NCBI GenBank assembly: GCA_963765575.1 | Contig: CAVXWZ010000011.1 | Coordinates: 737,546 to 801,545 of the forward strand | DNA from: an uncultured cyanobacterium | GTDB lineage: Bacteria > Cyanobacteriota > Cyanobacteriia > PCC-6307 > Cyanobiaceae | Length of the DNA: 64,000 nt | Reading direction: 5' to 3' | Shown: positions 30,217-42,160 of the stretch, in pieces | How the letters are laid out: each line of letters begins with the position of its first letter | Position numbering within the stretch: the first letter of the stretch is position 1 | Notes under the pieces: model-generated | The model's input: the letters and a program-made list of their open reading frames with translations, nothing else | What the model was told of the DNA's origin: nothing | Databases searched by the model: none | Program-made: the position numbers and the translations under genes

Positions 30217-30261
30217 AGCGGTGGGCTGAGAAGCGGTGGACGCAGGAGCGGTGGACGCAGG
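30217..30261. repeat. 15-bp tandem repeat (AGCGGTGGACGCAGG x2 plus one degenerate copy)
   Basis: Copies at 30217 (degenerate), 30232 and 30247. Confidence 0.8.
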
Positions 30262-30418
30262 AGCCAATGGGAGCAGCGATCCCCGCCCCACCCTGATCAG
30301 CAGCGTCCCAGCAGCAGGGCGGCCCGGGCCAGAGGCTGCCGGGAGGCGAGCATCGCGGCACGCGGAGGGCCGTCCGGCGCCCCGTTAGCGTTTGAGGCTG
30401 ATGAGCAGCAGCAAGGCA

Positions 30419-31162
30419 ATGGTGCGTAGAGCCGTCATCGCGGGCAACTGGAAGATGCACATGACCTGCGCCGAGACGCGGGAGTTTGCCGCTGCCTTCC
30501 GGCCCCTGATCGCCGAGCTGCCCAGCGATCGCCAGGTGGTGTTGGCGCCGCCGTTCACCTCCATCCCCACCCTCAACCGCCACCTGGCGGGCACGGGTGT
30601 GGCCATCGCCGCCCAGAACGTGCACTGGGAAGAGCAGGGCGCCTACACCGGCATGATCTCGGCGCAGATGCTGGCGGAGCACGGCGTCAGCCACACGATC
30701 GTGGGCCACAGCGAGCCGCGCAAGTATTTCTGCGAGAGCGACGAGCAGATCAACCTGCGGGCGCGCACGGCCCAGCGCCACGACCTGGTGCCGATCCTGT
30801 GTGTGGGCGAAAGCCTGGACCAGCGCGAGGCTGGCGAAACCGAGCGGGTCATCCACCGCCAGATCGAGCAGGGGCTGGAGGATGTGGACCCCACCCGGCT
30901 GATCGTGGCCTACGAGCCGATCTGGGCCATCGGCACCGGCAAGTCCTGTGCTGCCCAGGAGGCCAACCGCGTCTGTGGCCTGATCCGGGGCTGGGTGGGC
31001 GACCCGGATGTGATCGTGCAGTACGGCGGTTCGGTGAACCCGGCCACCATCGACGACCTGATGGCCCAGAGCGACATCGACGGCGTGCTGGTGGGCGGTG
31101 CCTCGTTGCAGGCCGAGAGCTTCGCCCGTATCGCCAACTACCAGGTGCCGGCGCGGGTGTGA
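30419..31162 (+). CDS. tpiA: Triosephosphate isomerase
   Basis: [40 protein letters not shown]. Confidence 0.97.
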   Translation: MVRRAVIAGNWKMHMTCAETREFAAAFRPLIAELPSDRQVVLAPPFTSIPTLNRHLAGTGVAIAAQNVHWEEQGAYTGMISAQMLAEHGVSHTIVGHSEPRKYFCESDEQINLRARTAQRHDLVPILCVGESLDQREAGETERVIHRQIEQGLEDVDPTRLIVAYEPIWAIGTGKSCAAQEANRVCGLIRGWVGDPDVIVQYGGSVNPATIDDLMAQSDIDGVLVGGASLQAESFARIANYQVPARV

Positions 31163-32091
31163 ACGGGCCCCTGCGGGGCGATCCCGGCTTCCGCTGGGGT
31201 CAGCGCCCGCTGCTGATGGGGGTGATCAACCTCACCCCCGACTCCTTCAGCGATGGGGGCCGCCTGACCAGCGTCGAGCAGGCCGTGCGTGCGGCAACCC
31301 GGATGGTGGCCCAGGGAGCGGACGTGCTGGATCTGGGCGGCCAGAGCACCCGTCCCGGGGCCGAGGCGGTGGGGCCCCGCCGCGAGCTGCAGCGGCTGCT
31401 GCCGGCCCTGGAGGCGATCCGGGCCTCCCTGCCGGCGATCACCCTCTCGGTGGACACGTTTGATGCCCAGGTGGGGGAGGCGGCCCTGGCCGCCGGCGCC
31501 GACTGGATCAACGACGTGCGCGGCGCCAATGCCACCCAGCCGGCCCCAAACGGGGTGGCGGGTGGCGGCCGGGGGCGCGATCCGGCGATGCTGCCCCTGG
31601 TGGCCCGCAGCGGCTGCCCCTATGTGCTGATGCACAGCCGCGGTGACAGCCGCTCGATGGAGCGCCTGGCCAGCTACCGGGATGTGGTGGCCGAGGTGCG
31701 CCGGGAGCTGGAGCTGGCCACCGCCGAGGCCCTGGCGGCGGGGGTGCGTCGGGAGCAGATTCTCTGGGATCCGGGTCTGGGCTTCGCCAAGACCACCGAG
31801 CAGAACCTGGAGCTGCTGCGGCGACTGCCGGAACTGAGCGGTTCAGCACCGGGCCATGCCCCCCTGCCCCCTCCGCTGCTGGTGGGTCCCTCGCGCAAGC
31901 GCTTCATCGGCGCCGTGCTGGCGGAACCCCGGCCGCTGGCGCGGCTCTGGGGCACCGCCGCGGTGTGTGCCCTGGCGGTGGCCCGCGGGGCAGCGGTGCT
32001 GCGGGTGCACGATGTGGCGCCGATCTCCCAGGTGGTGCGCATGGCGGCCGCGCTCGGGGGAGAGCCCCCGCTCAGTGGGCCTGGTTGCTGA
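31159..32091 (+). CDS. folP: Dihydropteroate synthase
   Basis: [48 protein letters not shown] at 31159 overlaps the tpiA stop. Confidence 0.96.
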   Translation: MNGPLRGDPGFRWGQRPLLMGVINLTPDSFSDGGRLTSVEQAVRAATRMVAQGADVLDLGGQSTRPGAEAVGPRRELQRLLPALEAIRASLPAITLSVDTFDAQVGEAALAAGADWINDVRGANATQPAPNGVAGGGRGRDPAMLPLVARSGCPYVLMHSRGDSRSMERLASYRDVVAEVRRELELATAEALAAGVRREQILWDPGLGFAKTTEQNLELLRRLPELSGSAPGHAPLPPPLLVGPSRKRFIGAVLAEPRPLARLWGTAAVCALAVARGAAVLRVHDVAPISQVVRMAAALGGEPPLSGPGC

Positions 32092-32662
32092 GGCGTGCCC
32101 GCGCCGATGCCCGCGCCTCGGGGTCGACCCCCACGAAGGTGGGCGGCAGCCAGACGCGTACCACCAGCAGCAGGGCGGCGGTGGCCAGGAACAGGCACAC
32201 CGCCAGAATCTGGCGCCAGTCGGTTTCGAGCACACCGCTCACGATCACCTCGCGCAGCACCGACACGATCGAAACCTCCACCGAGACCCCGATCGAGACC
32301 CGCTGTTCCTGCAGGTAGATGATCATCAGGCGAAACAGTTCCACCAGGATGAGGATGAACAGGATGTCTGAGGTGATGGCGTGGAACTGCGGCTTCGTGG
32401 TGAGCAGTGAAGCGAAGATCGAACGGATTTGCAGCACCATCACGCAGAACAGGCCCACGCACAGGCAGACGGCGATGAGGTCCTGAACCGCCTCCAGCGA
32501 GCGCACGATCTGAACCCGCCGGAACAGCTGATACCAGGCCACGGGGACGTCCGGCCTGGGGCCATCCATCGGGGCTGGGTCAGCGTCTTGCGGTGGCGGG
32601 GACGGTGGACGCACCGAGGCCGTCAAGGCGGCGTCGGTGGCATCCAGGGGTGAGACGGTCAT
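32072..32662 (-). CDS. Phosphate-starvation-inducible PsiE family membrane protein
   Basis: SDILFILILVELFR...YL...VEVSIVSVLREVI pattern. Confidence 0.8.
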   Translation of the reverse strand: MTVSPLDATDAALTASVRPPSPPPQDADPAPMDGPRPDVPVAWYQLFRRVQIVRSLEAVQDLIAVCLCVGLFCVMVLQIRSIFASLLTTKPQFHAITSDILFILILVELFRLMIIYLQEQRVSIGVSVEVSIVSVLREVIVSGVLETDWRQILAVCLFLATAALLLVVRVWLPPTFVGVDPEARASARARLSNQAH

Positions 32663-32762
32663 GGCGGGATCGGCGATACCGCAACCGTACGGAAGCGCTG
32701 CTTATGAGTCAACCAGCAATTAATAGGCTTGGCTTATCCCACTGATGACGCCCCGGCGGGCC

Positions 32763-35700
32763 TCAGCCGGCGTTGACCCCCTCGATCTTGTCCTCGATCT
32801 CCTGGTAGATCTCCTGCAGCTGGGCGATGTTCTCGTCGGATGTCTCCCAGTAGCCGCGGCCATTCACCTCCAGCAGGGTGCCGACGATGCGGCGGAAGCT
32901 GTGGGGGTTGAGATCCATCAGCCGTTGGCGCATCTCCGGGTCGTTGATGAAGGTGTCGTTGGCGTCTTCATAGACGAAGTTGTCCACGGCGCCGCTGGTG
33001 GCACTCCAGCCCAGGGTGAAGTTGAGCCGTTTGGCCACCTCACGCACACCCTCATAGCCGGAATTGAGCATGCCCTCATACCACTTGGGGTTGAGCAGCT
33101 TGGTGCGCGAATCGAGGCGGATGGTTTCGCTCAAGGAGCGCACCTGGGCGTTGGCGGTGGTGGTGTCGGCGATGTAGCTGGTGGGCGTCTTGCCGTCATC
33201 GCGCAACCCGGCGATCAGCTTGGTGGGATCGGAATCGAAATAGTGGCTCACATCGGTGAGTGAGATCTCAGCCGAATCCAGGTTCTGGAAGGTGACATCG
33301 GCGGTTTTCATCGCCGCCTCGAACACCTCGCGATTCTGGTTCATTTCGCCGGGGTTGTCGGCGTTGAAGGCGAAGGTCTTGCGGGAGAGGTACATGTCCT
33401 GCAGCTCGCCCTCCTCCTCCCAGGTGCTGTTCTCAACAGCCAGGTTGACGTTGGAGCTGTAGCTGCCACTGGCATTCGAGAACACCCGGGTGGCGGCATC
33501 GCGCAGGGAGATGCCCTCCTGCTCGGCCTGCTCCTGGGCGTGCCTGCGCACGAAGTTCAGTTCCAGGGGCTCGTCGGCTTCGGCGGCCATCTTCACGCCC
33601 TGATCGATCAGGCCCATCTGGTTGATGAACAGGTCGCGGAACACGCCGCTGCAGTTCACCACCACATCGATGCGGGGCCGCCCCAGCTCTTCGAGCGAGA
33701 TCAGCTCCAGCTTGTTGACGCGGCCGAGGGAGTCGGGCACGGGACGCACGCCGATGAACCAGAGGATCTGGGCCAGGGATTCGCCGTAGGTCTTGATGTT
33801 GTCGGTGCCCCAGAGCACGCAGGCGATCGTTTCCGGCCAGGTGCCCTGCTCGGCCTTCTGGCGCTCGATCAGCTTGTCCACCACGCCCTTGGCCGCGGCG
33901 ATGGCGGCGCGCGTGGGGATCGCCTGGGGGTCGAGGGCGTGGATGTTCTTGCCGCTGGGCAGCACGCCGGGGTTGCGGATCGGGTCACCGCCCGGGCCGG
34001 GCAGCACGTACTCGCCGTCGAGGGCCCGCAGCAGGCTCTCCATCTCCATGTCGGCGCAGATCTGCTCGAGGCAGAACTGCAGGTAGCCGAACAGTCGGTC
34101 GAGCTCGCCGGAATCCACGCTCACGAAGCCGGCGGCGCAGCAGGCCCGCAGCCAGGGGCTGGGCAGCTTGAAGCCGAAGCGGCCCAGCAGGTCGTAGAGC
34201 CAGCCGAAGCTGCGCCGCAGGGTCACCCGGCCGTCGCTGCCCGTGACGCTGCGCACCATCGCCCCCACCGCGGCGCGGGAGGCTTCGGTGAGGCGCCGGT
34301 TGAGCTCCACATCGGCCAGCACCCCGGCATCGTTGCCGCGGTAGACGTCCTCGATCGAGCGCCCCAGGCTCTCGGCCAGCAGGGCTGGCAGCGAGCGGAA
34401 GCCATCCTCCTCGCGCTCCAGGGCGGCGATGCTCACCAGGGTGGCGATGGCCTCCTCGGCGGTGGGGGGCTTGCCGATGGTGTGCAGACCGCAGGGCAGC
34501 AGCCGGCTTTCGATCTCCATCAACTGGCGGTAGACCGCGCCGATCACCGCGTCACGCTCGGCCAGGTCGAGGCCGGCGCTGTCCTGCTCGGGCAGGGCCA
34601 CGTCCTTGTCGAGGTTGCACTGGCGCGCCGTTTCCACCACCGCATTGACGATCTGCACGCCGCGGCTGCCTTCCCGCAGCTGCTGGTAGCTGCCCACCAG
34701 CTCGCCCAGTTCCTTGAGGCCCTTGTAGAGGCCTGCATTTTCGGCTGGCGGGGTGAGATAACTGATCGTTTCGGCATAGCCCCGCCGCTTGGCGATCGTG
34801 GCCTCGCTGGGGTTGTTGGCGGCGTAGTAATAGAGATTCGGCAGGGCGCCGATCAGCGAATCCGGATAGCAGGTGTCGCTCATGCCCATCTGCTTGCCGG
34901 GCATGAACTCCAGCGAGCCGTGGGTGCCGAAGTGCAGCACGGCGTCGGCGCCCCACACCTTCTCCAGGTAGGTGTAGTAGGCGGCAAAACCGTGGTGGGG
35001 GCTGGCGCTGCGGGAATAGAGCAGCCGCATCGGATCGCCCTCGTAGCCGAAGGTGGGCTGCACCCCCACGAACACATTGCCGAAGTGGCGGCCGTAGATC
35101 AGCAGGTTGGTGCCGTCGGAATTGAGGTTGCCGGGGGGCTTGCCCCAGTTCTCCTCCAGCCGCTCGGAGTAGGGGGTGAGCTGCTCGTACTCCGCCACGC
35201 TCATGCGGTGGGCGATGGCCAGTTCCGGTGAGCCCTCCATGGCCTCGGGATCCTTGAGCACGGCCTCCATCAGGGCCTTGGGGGTCTTGGGCAGGTCGCT
35301 CACGTCGTAGCCCTTGGCCCGCATCTCCTCCAGCACCCGGTGGATCGAGCCGAACACGTCGAGGTAGGCGGCGGTGCCCACGTTGCCCTTGTCGGGCGGG
35401 AAGCTGAACACGGTGATCGCCAGCTTCTTGGTGGCGCGGGGCTTGATGCGCAGCGAGGCCCAGCGGATCGAGCGCTCGGCGATCGCCTCGACGCGGTCTT
35501 GCAGGGTGTGGGCTTTGCCGGTGGCGTCATCGCGGCCGGAGAGCACGATCGGCTCGATGGCGCCATCGAGTTCGGGGATGGCGATCTGCAGGGCCACCTG
35601 CACCGGGTGCAGGCCCAGGTCGCTTTCTTCCCACTCCTGGGTGGTCTGGAACACCAGCGGCAGCGCCACCATGTAGGGACGGTTGAGGCTCTTGAGCACC

Positions 35701-36779
35701 TCGATCGCCCTGGGGTGGTCCTGGCGGGCCGGGCCGCCCACCAGGGCGAAGCCGGTGAGGCTCACCACCCCATCCACCAGGGGCGTCTCGGGGTTGATGG
35801 GGTCGTAGAAGAAGGCGTTGACGGGGCGGGTGAAATCCAGCCCGCCGCAGAACACCGGGATCACGGTGGCGCCGCGGTATTCCAGTTCCTGGATCACGGC
35901 CACGTAGTGGGCCTCATCGCCGGTGACGATGTGGCTGCGCTGCAGCACCAGGCCGATCACCGGGCCACTGCGGGCCTTCTCGCTCAGATCAGTGCGGCTG
36001 GCGCTCCAGTTGAGGTATTCCTTGAGGTCTTCGAACATCCCCGGTGCCAGGGGGTGCCAGATGCCCAGGTCGGGGAACACCACCGGCTCGGCCACCGCCA
36101 TCGCCGGCCGGTCGGCCGCCTCGCCGGATCCGCCGCGGGGGAACACGTACTTGTCCGCCAGCATCAACAGGAAGTTGCGCAGGTTGTCCGGCGTGCCGCC
36201 CAGCCAGTACTGGAAGCTGAGCATGAAGGAGCGGGCGTCCTGGGCCTTCTCCACCGGCAGGTATTTGAGAACCGTGGGCAGGGTGTTGAGCAGCTTGAGC
36301 ATGGCGTCCTGGAAGCCGGCGCCATTGGCCTCCTTCCGCTTCTTCATGAAGCTGGCGATGGCGCTCTTGCTCTGGCCCAGCTGGGCCATCGAGAAGGTGC
36401 CGAGTTTGTTGAGGCGCATCACCTCCGGCATGGAGGGGAACACCACGGCGGCCTTGAGCCGATCGCGGTGGGGCGCCACCGCCTCCACCACTTTCTGAGC
36501 CAGATCTTCGATGAAGATCAGCGAGGCGATGAACACATCGGCCGCCGCCACGTCGGCGCAGAACTGGGCGTAGTTCTCCGGATCGCGCAGCTCCTCGATC
36601 AGATAGCCGCTGAGCTCGATCGCCAGGGGGCCGTTCTGGTCGTTGAGGGAGGTGGCCGCCAGGGTGAGGGCGTTCTGGTACTGGGGCTCCAGCACCACGT
36701 AGACGGCCTTCATCACGGCGCCGCTGTGGTCGCCAGCTGGGCAGACCCGGCGGTTGGCGGAGCGGACCTGCGTGAACAT
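32763..36779 (-). CDS. chlH: Magnesium chelatase subunit H
   Basis: [57 protein letters not shown]; 1338 aa. Confidence 0.98.
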   Translation of the reverse strand: MFTQVRSANRRVCPAGDHSGAVMKAVYVVLEPQYQNALTLAATSLNDQNGPLAIELSGYLIEELRDPENYAQFCADVAAADVFIASLIFIEDLAQKVVEAVAPHRDRLKAAVVFPSMPEVMRLNKLGTFSMAQLGQSKSAIASFMKKRKEANGAGFQDAMLKLLNTLPTVLKYLPVEKAQDARSFMLSFQYWLGGTPDNLRNFLLMLADKYVFPRGGSGEAADRPAMAVAEPVVFPDLGIWHPLAPGMFEDLKEYLNWSASRTDLSEKARSGPVIGLVLQRSHIVTGDEAHYVAVIQELEYRGATVIPVFCGGLDFTRPVNAFFYDPINPETPLVDGVVSLTGFALVGGPARQDHPRAIEVLKSLNRPYMVALPLVFQTTQEWEESDLGLHPVQVALQIAIPELDGAIEPIVLSGRDDATGKAHTLQDRVEAIAERSIRWASLRIKPRATKKLAITVFSFPPDKGNVGTAAYLDVFGSIHRVLEEMRAKGYDVSDLPKTPKALMEAVLKDPEAMEGSPELAIAHRMSVAEYEQLTPYSERLEENWGKPPGNLNSDGTNLLIYGRHFGNVFVGVQPTFGYEGDPMRLLYSRSASPHHGFAAYYTYLEKVWGADAVLHFGTHGSLEFMPGKQMGMSDTCYPDSLIGALPNLYYYAANNPSEATIAKRRGYAETISYLTPPAENAGLYKGLKELGELVGSYQQLREGSRGVQIVNAVVETARQCNLDKDVALPEQDSAGLDLAERDAVIGAVYRQLMEIESRLLPCGLHTIGKPPTAEEAIATLVSIAALEREEDGFRSLPALLAESLGRSIEDVYRGNDAGVLADVELNRRLTEASRAAVGAMVRSVTGSDGRVTLRRSFGWLYDLLGRFGFKLPSPWLRACCAAGFVSVDSGELDRLFGYLQFCLEQICADMEMESLLRALDGEYVLPGPGGDPIRNPGVLPSGKNIHALDPQAIPTRAAIAAAKGVVDKLIERQKAEQGTWPETIACVLWGTDNIKTYGESLAQILWFIGVRPVPDSLGRVNKLELISLEELGRPRIDVVVNCSGVFRDLFINQMGLIDQGVKMAAEADEPLELNFVRRHAQEQAEQEGISLRDAATRVFSNASGSYSSNVNLAVENSTWEEEGELQDMYLSRKTFAFNADNPGEMNQNREVFEAAMKTADVTFQNLDSAEISLTDVSHYFDSDPTKLIAGLRDDGKTPTSYIADTTTANAQVRSLSETIRLDSRTKLLNPKWYEGMLNSGYEGVREVAKRLNFTLGWSATSGAVDNFVYEDANDTFINDPEMRQRLMDLNPHSFRRIVGTLLEVNGRGYWETSDENIAQLQEIYQEIEDKIEGVNAG

Positions 36780-36871
36780 GCGCGCGAGCGGATGGATGGT
36801 GCCCGAGCTTACGAAGCTTGAAGCCCGGCGGGAGCGGGCTGCATAGGCTCTGCAGCAATGCTCCGCCTGCC

Positions 36872-37732
36872 ATGACCAGTTCCACCCCGACTGCGGCCCC
36901 CCCGATCGCCGTGGTGGTGGCCGGCGCCCTGGGGCGCATGGGTGCGGAGGTGGTGAAGGCCGTGACTGCCGCGCCCGATTGCCGGCTGCTGGGGGCGATC
37001 GACACCACTCCCGACAAGGAGGGGGTTGATGTGGGCCTGGAGCTGGGCCTGGGCGAACTGGAGGTGGCGGTCACGGCCGATTTCGAGGGCTGCCTGTGCC
37101 AGGCCAGCCAGGCGGTGCGCACCGCCGGTCCCGGCCAGGGCGCCGTGCTGGTGGATTTCACCCACCCCTCGGTGGTCTACGAGCACACCCGCAGCGCCAT
37201 CGCCTACGGCGTGCATCCGGTGATCGGCACCACCGGCCTCGGCCCACCCCAACTGCAGGATCTGGCCACCTTCGCCGCCAAGGCTGGGGTGGGCGGCGCC
37301 GTGATCCCCAATTTCTCCGTGGGCATGGTGCTGCTGCAGCAGGCCGCCGCCGCCGCCGCCCGCTTCTACGACTTCGCCGAGCTCACCGAGCTGCACCACA
37401 ACCGCAAGGCCGATGCCCCCAGCGGCACCTGCATCAAGACGGCCGAACTGATGGAGGAGCTGGGCAAGGCCTTCAATCCGCCCCAGGTGGAGGAGCAGGA
37501 AACCCTGGCCGGCTGCCGCGGCGGCCAGCGCGAGAGCGGCCTGCGGCTGCATTCGCTGCGCCTGCCGGGCCTGGTGGCCCACCAGGAGGTGATGTTCGGC
37601 GCGCCGGGCGAAACCTATACGTTGCGGCACGACACGATCGACCGTTCCGCCTACATGCCGGGTGTGCTGCTGACGGTGCGCCGGGTGCGCCCGTTGCCGG
37701 GCCTGGTGTACGGCCTGGAGCGGCTGCTGTGA
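36872..37732 (+). CDS. dapB: 4-hydroxy-tetrahydrodipicolinate reductase
   Basis: [37 protein letters not shown]. Confidence 0.96.
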   Translation: MTSSTPTAAPPIAVVVAGALGRMGAEVVKAVTAAPDCRLLGAIDTTPDKEGVDVGLELGLGELEVAVTADFEGCLCQASQAVRTAGPGQGAVLVDFTHPSVVYEHTRSAIAYGVHPVIGTTGLGPPQLQDLATFAAKAGVGGAVIPNFSVGMVLLQQAAAAAARFYDFAELTELHHNRKADAPSGTCIKTAELMEELGKAFNPPQVEEQETLAGCRGGQRESGLRLHSLRLPGLVAHQEVMFGAPGETYTLRHDTIDRSAYMPGVLLTVRRVRPLPGLVYGLERLL

Positions 37733-37745
37733 TGGGGCCGCGCTG

Positions 37746-38393
37746 ATGCTCATTCCCCTGCGCCCCGGAGAGTTGTTCCGCCTGATCCCGGCGGTGGCCA
37801 CCGGACCCCAGTTCAACGCCTCCAGTGGTCCACCCGGCCTGCTGTTGCAGCGGCTGCTGATCGCCGCCATCGGTGGGGTGATCTCCTTCCTGATCAGCCA
37901 GACCATCGCCTTCAGCAGCCGCTGGGGGGCGGTGTGGCTGGTGATCGGGGTGGTGTTCGTCCTCTATGTGCTGTGGGGGCCGATCCTGGAGGCCGGACGT
38001 CGCAACGCCACCCTGCGCCGCTACCCGGCCGCCGCGATCTTCGAGGGGCGGGTGGCGGATCTGTTCACCCGCGAGGTGGTGGAGGACACGCGCGAGCAGG
38101 CCGACCGCAGCGGCCGCCTGCAGATGGTGGAGAACCGCCGCACCTGGCTCACCCTGGAACTGGAAGACGAAGACGGCTACCTCGGCCGGCTGCGCTTCCC
38201 GATGGAGAAAAAACACCAGCAGATCCGCCGCGGCATGGTGCTGCGCACCCTGGTGTTGAGTGATCGCAAGGACTTTTCGCGCGTCGCCGCCCTCACCGAC
38301 GCCTGGCTGCCGCAGCTGAAGCTGTGGGTGGGCGAGTACCCCTTCCTGTTGCGGCCGGCCTTTGAGGAGCTCTGCCTGCGCCGCCTGCGCTGA
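37746..38393 (+). CDS. Conserved cyanobacterial membrane protein of unknown function
   Basis: MLIPL....LIPAVATGPQF, two TM helices, LWGPI...RN..LRRY; host-like codon use. Confidence 0.75.
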   Translation: MLIPLRPGELFRLIPAVATGPQFNASSGPPGLLLQRLLIAAIGGVISFLISQTIAFSSRWGAVWLVIGVVFVLYVLWGPILEAGRRNATLRRYPAAAIFEGRVADLFTREVVEDTREQADRSGRLQMVENRRTWLTLELEDEDGYLGRLRFPMEKKHQQIRRGMVLRTLVLSDRKDFSRVAALTDAWLPQLKLWVGEYPFLLRPAFEELCLRRLR

Positions 38394-38437
38394 CGCCCGC
38401 AGGGGGGCGTCAGCGCCCTGCCCATGCTTCAGGGGTT

Positions 38438-38465
38438 GTCACAGTCCGCAACAATGCGTTACATT
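38438..38465 (+). promoter_or_regulatory. HLR1-like (RpaB) direct repeats upstream of hli
   Basis: GTCACAGT-cc-GCAACAAT-gc-GTTACATT with 10-bp period, resembling (G/T)TTACA(T/A)(T/A)-N2 repeats. Confidence 0.6.
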
Positions 38466-38488
38466 GCTTGCAGATCGCACGAGACCCC

Positions 38489-38734
38489 ATGACTCAAGCC
38501 AACCCCGCCATCATCCGCGGCGCCACCGTCACCACCGAAGACGGCGGCCGCCTCAACGCCTTCGCCTCCGAGCCCCGCATGGAAGTGGTGAGCCCCGAGC
38601 GTGGCTGGGGTTTCCATGAGCGTGCCGAGAAGCTCAACGGCCGCATGGCCATGCTCGGCTTCATCGCCCTGCTGGCCACCGAGATCGCCATGGGCGGTGA
38701 GGCCTTCACCCGCGGCCTGCTGGGCATCGGCTGA
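38489..38734 (+). CDS. hli: High-light-inducible protein
   Basis: AEKLNGRMAMLGF chlorophyll-binding helix with N-terminal TTEDGGRLNAFASEP. Confidence 0.93.
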   Translation: MTQANPAIIRGATVTTEDGGRLNAFASEPRMEVVSPERGWGFHERAEKLNGRMAMLGFIALLATEIAMGGEAFTRGLLGIG

Positions 38735-38773
38735 CGCCGGCGCGCGGACATCCGCCCCACCCGTGCACCCTCG

Positions 38774-40090
38774 GTGCACCACCCGGCCGCAGCAGAATTG
38801 CTGCGGCTTTCGTGTAGCAAGCTGACCGCCGCCCCTCCCCTCACCGCGCTCCAGGCCCGCCCCTGCCCAACCGCCAGCGGCCTGCGCTCGGAGGTGTACG
38901 GCGCCGGCCCCACCGGAGCCCTCAGCGCCCTGGCGCTGGCTGATGCGGGCTGGAGCGTGCGCCTGCACGACCCCCTCAGCGCGGCCCAGCTGGGTGGGCG
39001 CAGCCGTGCTTACGCCTTCAACCACTCCAGCCGTCAGCTGCTGGAGCGCCTGGGGGTGTGGAGTGAGCTGGCGGCGGTGATGGTGCCCTTCCGCCGCCTG
39101 GAGCTCTGCGACCTGGCCATCGATGGGGCCGTGCCCTTCGGCATTGCCGACCTGCCCGGCCGCTGCCGCCGCTCCGGCTCTGGCTCCGGCGGCGAGGCCA
39201 TCGGCTGGATCGCCCTGCATGGTCCGCTGATGGCGGTGCTGCTGCGCCACCTGCAGGCCCACCCCGCCATCAGCCTCAACCTGGGCTCTGGACTGGTGGC
39301 TGGAGCTTCCGGCAGGGCGACAGTGTCCGATGCAGCAACCGCAGAAGCGCTCGCCGCGGCGGCCGGAAGCGAGCCGGACCTGGTGGTGGCCGCCGACGGT
39401 GCCCACTCCGGCCGCCGCGAGGCCATGGGCATCGGCCTCTGGCAGCTTGCCTACCGCCAGAGCTGCCTCACCGCCCAGGTGGAGCTGCGCGGCAGCGACG
39501 ACGACCAGGCCTGGGAGCTGTTCCGTCCGGAGGGCCCGTTTGCGGTGCTGCCCCTCGGCGCAGGGCGCTTCCAGCTGGTGTGGAGCGCCCCGGCCTCCCG
39601 CTGCCGCCAGCTGGAGAGCCTCCCCGCCGGCGCCTTCCTCGATCGCCTGGCCGGGGCCTTGCCCGAGCGTTTCCAGCCCGACGCCCTGCTCGATGATCCC
39701 AGGGCCTTCCCGCTGGCCCTGCAGCTGGCCCGCCGGCTGAGCCGGGGCCACACGGTGCTGGTGGGTGAAAGCGCCCACCGCTGCCATCCCGTGGGCGGCC
39801 AGGGCCTCAACCTCTGCTGGCGCGACGTGGCCGAGCTGCACCGCCAGGCCAGGCGGGTGGCGGCGGGCCGGCTGCCGGCTGAGCGGCTGCCGGCCGCCTA
39901 TGGCTGGCGCCGCTGGCCCGACCTGCTGCTCACCCTGCTGGCCACCGACTTGCTGATGCGGCTGTTCTCCAACCGCGCTCTGCCGCTGCTGCCGCTGCGG
40001 CGCCTGGGCCTGGCCCTGCTGGCCGCCCTGCCGCCCCTGCGGCGCCTCAGCCTCGGGGCCATGACCCTGGGCCCCTGCCGCCCCCTTTAG
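38774..40090 (+). CDS. FAD-dependent hydroxylase, UbiH/VisC family; start uncertain
   Basis: GAGPTG, LVVAADG, AWELFRPEGPFAVLPL, VGESAHRCHPVGGQGLNLCWRDV. Confidence 0.9.
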   Translation: MHHPAAAELLRLSCSKLTAAPPLTALQARPCPTASGLRSEVYGAGPTGALSALALADAGWSVRLHDPLSAAQLGGRSRAYAFNHSSRQLLERLGVWSELAAVMVPFRRLELCDLAIDGAVPFGIADLPGRCRRSGSGSGGEAIGWIALHGPLMAVLLRHLQAHPAISLNLGSGLVAGASGRATVSDAATAEALAAAAGSEPDLVVAADGAHSGRREAMGIGLWQLAYRQSCLTAQVELRGSDDDQAWELFRPEGPFAVLPLGAGRFQLVWSAPASRCRQLESLPAGAFLDRLAGALPERFQPDALLDDPRAFPLALQLARRLSRGHTVLVGESAHRCHPVGGQGLNLCWRDVAELHRQARRVAAGRLPAERLPAAYGWRRWPDLLLTLLATDLLMRLFSNRALPLLPLRRLGLALLAALPPLRRLSLGAMTLGPCRPL

Positions 40091-40098
40091 GCCTGGCC

Positions 40099-40311
40099 AT
40101 GGTGCACAGTTCGAGTCCAGCTCCCCCTCCGCCCCAGGCCCTGCTGCGCTTCCTGCGCCAGGAGATCGGCCTGAGCGAGAACGCCCTGGACCTGGGCTTG
40201 CGCCAGGCGGGTCAGGAACGGGCACCGCTGCCGGTGGTGCTCTGGCGCTACGGCCTGCTCAGCCTGGAGCAGCTCGAGCAGGTGCTCCAGTGGCTGGACA
40301 CCAACGGCTGA
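40099..40311 (+). CDS. DUF2949 family protein
   Basis: LLRFLRQEIGL...LPVVLWRYGLLSLEQLEQVLQWL. Confidence 0.85.
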   Translation: MVHSSSPAPPPPQALLRFLRQEIGLSENALDLGLRQAGQERAPLPVVLWRYGLLSLEQLEQVLQWLDTNG

Positions 40312-40329
40312 GGGCTTCGGGCGCCCAGC

Positions 40330-40887
40330 TCAGCTGTAGATGATCAGCGATTCCACGGGCTGTCCAGGGGGCAACCGCTGACGCCCCTCCAGGGCCGCCA
40401 GCTCGGCCACGAACCCGAAACCGCAGAGGCTGCCGCCGGCGGCTTCCACGAGCTGGGCGCAGGCGGCGGCGGTGCCGCCGGTGGCCAGCAGGTCGTCCAC
40501 CACCAGCACCCGCTGGCCCTCGGCCAGGGCCTCGCTGGGGATCTCCAGCCGGTCGGTGCCGTATTCGAGCGCGTAGTCCACGCCGGTGACCGCCCCGGGC
40601 AGCTTGCCGGGCTTGCGCACCGGCACGAACCCCAGCTGCACGGTGGTGGCCAGGGCGGTGCCGACGATGAAACCGCGCGATTCAATGCCCACGATCAGCT
40701 CGGGCTGGAGCTGCTCGCACAGGCCGGCCAGGCGGCGCACCACCTCCTGCCAGCCGGCCGGATCGCGCATCAGCGGCGTGAGGTCGCGGAAGAGGATGCC
40801 GGGCTTGGGAAAATCGGGCACATCGCGCACCAGCCCGCGCAGGTCCACCGTGCTGGCCGTGGCCCGCTGATCCGGAGACTGGGGCAT
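40330..40887 (-). CDS. apt: Adenine phosphoribosyltransferase
   Basis: [42 protein letters not shown]. Confidence 0.97.
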   Translation of the reverse strand: MPQSPDQRATASTVDLRGLVRDVPDFPKPGILFRDLTPLMRDPAGWQEVVRRLAGLCEQLQPELIVGIESRGFIVGTALATTVQLGFVPVRKPGKLPGAVTGVDYALEYGTDRLEIPSEALAEGQRVLVVDDLLATGGTAAACAQLVEAAGGSLCGFGFVAELAALEGRQRLPPGQPVESLIIYS

Positions 40888-40928
40888 GAAGGTGACGGTG
40901 GGAGGCGCAGGCTGGCATCATCGCAGCC

Positions 40929-41468
40929 ATGCCCGAAGCTTCCGCTGCTGCGCCCGCCCCACCGCTCTCGCGGCGCGGGCTGGAGCGCCTCGACCTGCTG
41001 CTGCTCAGCGCCGAGGCCCTCGACCTCAACGGTGGCGAAGCGATGGTGTGGATGAGCGAGCAGATGGGCTTCACCGGTCTGTTCGCCAACCGCGTGGAGC
41101 TTTGGAAGCGGCGCTGCCACAACCCCCTGCGCCGGGCCACCCGCCGGGGTGATCTCAATCCCGCCGAAACCGACGCCCTGATCCGCATCCTCTGCGCCCT
41201 CGCCGACCGCCTCTACCCGCTGCTGCGGGCCCTGCTCTCGGGCGCCGAGCCGGAGGCGGTGCGCCAGCAGCGCTGGCAGCTGTTCGAGGGGCGGCTGGAC
41301 GCGCTGGTGCGCGAACGCATGAACCCCCGCCGGGTGGGGGTTCAGACCCTGCTCGATCCCCAGCGGGGCGCCCGTCAGCGCCGCCAGTTGATCCAGTCCC
41401 TGGCCTTCGGCGCCGGCACCGGAGGCTATGAGCGCCTTTGGGCCAGCCTGCATGACCCCGTCGTTTGA
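40929..41468 (+). CDS. DUF3038 family protein
   Basis: LDLLLLSAEALDLNGGEAM, NRVELWKRRCHNPLRR, RLWASL. Confidence 0.85.
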   Translation: MPEASAAAPAPPLSRRGLERLDLLLLSAEALDLNGGEAMVWMSEQMGFTGLFANRVELWKRRCHNPLRRATRRGDLNPAETDALIRILCALADRLYPLLRALLSGAEPEAVRQQRWQLFEGRLDALVRERMNPRRVGVQTLLDPQRGARQRRQLIQSLAFGAGTGGYERLWASLHDPVV

Positions 41469-41473
41469 GCCCG

Positions 41474-42118
41474 ATGAAACAGACGCTGCGCTACGACCAG
41501 GTGAGTTGCCGACTGCAGGTGGAGGGCCTGCCGGATGTGTCCATCGGCCAGGGGGGCGACGCCCTGGGCATCATCACCGGCTGGAATCTGCGCTGGTCCG
41601 GGCGCCCGGAGCTGGAAGGCCGCAAGGACCATCTCCTGGCCCTGATGGCCGTGGTGCTGCCCTACTCGCGCCATTTGATCAGCGGCGTGGCCCGGCCCTT
41701 CGGCGGTGGTGAGACGCCGGTTCATATCGCCCCCTCTGAGCCGGTTGGCCACCGTCTGGAACTGCGCAGCAGCCAGCCGGACACCGCTCCACTGAGCCTG
41801 GAACTCGATGACGCCGAGCTGGCCGATCTGGTGCGGGTGCTCGACCAGTTGCGTCTCGATCCCCGCCTGCAGGTGCAGCTGGATGTGCCGGCACCCCAGC
41901 CCCTGCATCCGCGTGAGGTGCTGGAGCGGGTGCCGCTGCGGCAGCGGCTGGCGGCGCCGCTGGGCGGTGCCCTGGCCTTGGGAATGGCGGCGGGGTTGAG
42001 CCTGCTGCTGCCGGAGCCGCGCCCCCAGCAGCAGACCAGCCCGGCTCCAGCCGCCAGCTCCCCCTCCGGCGCCGATTCCGCCAACTCCGGGGAGCCCGTC
42101 ACTCCCGGCGATCCCTGA
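41474..42118 (+). CDS. DUF4335 family protein
   Basis: RYDQVSCRLQVEGLPD, LEGRKDHL..LM.VVLPYSRHLISG, LDDAELADLVRVLDQ. Confidence 0.82.
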   Translation: MKQTLRYDQVSCRLQVEGLPDVSIGQGGDALGIITGWNLRWSGRPELEGRKDHLLALMAVVLPYSRHLISGVARPFGGGETPVHIAPSEPVGHRLELRSSQPDTAPLSLELDDAELADLVRVLDQLRLDPRLQVQLDVPAPQPLHPREVLERVPLRQRLAAPLGGALALGMAAGLSLLLPEPRPQQQTSPAPAASSPSGADSANSGEPVTPGDP

Positions 42119-42160
42119 CCCCGGCTTGACGCCCGCCCCGGGCGACACAGACTGACAGCC

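Noticed and set aside
30217..30261. 15-bp repeats here and at 44412-44441 as possible CRISPR or REP elements
   Set aside because: Directly tandem with no spacers, only 2-3 copies, no cas genes.
32700..32740. AT-rich stretch upstream of the psiE-like gene as a Pho box
   Set aside because: Only loose matches (ATTAATTG / GTTGACTC) to PyTTAAPyPy repeats; not enough support.
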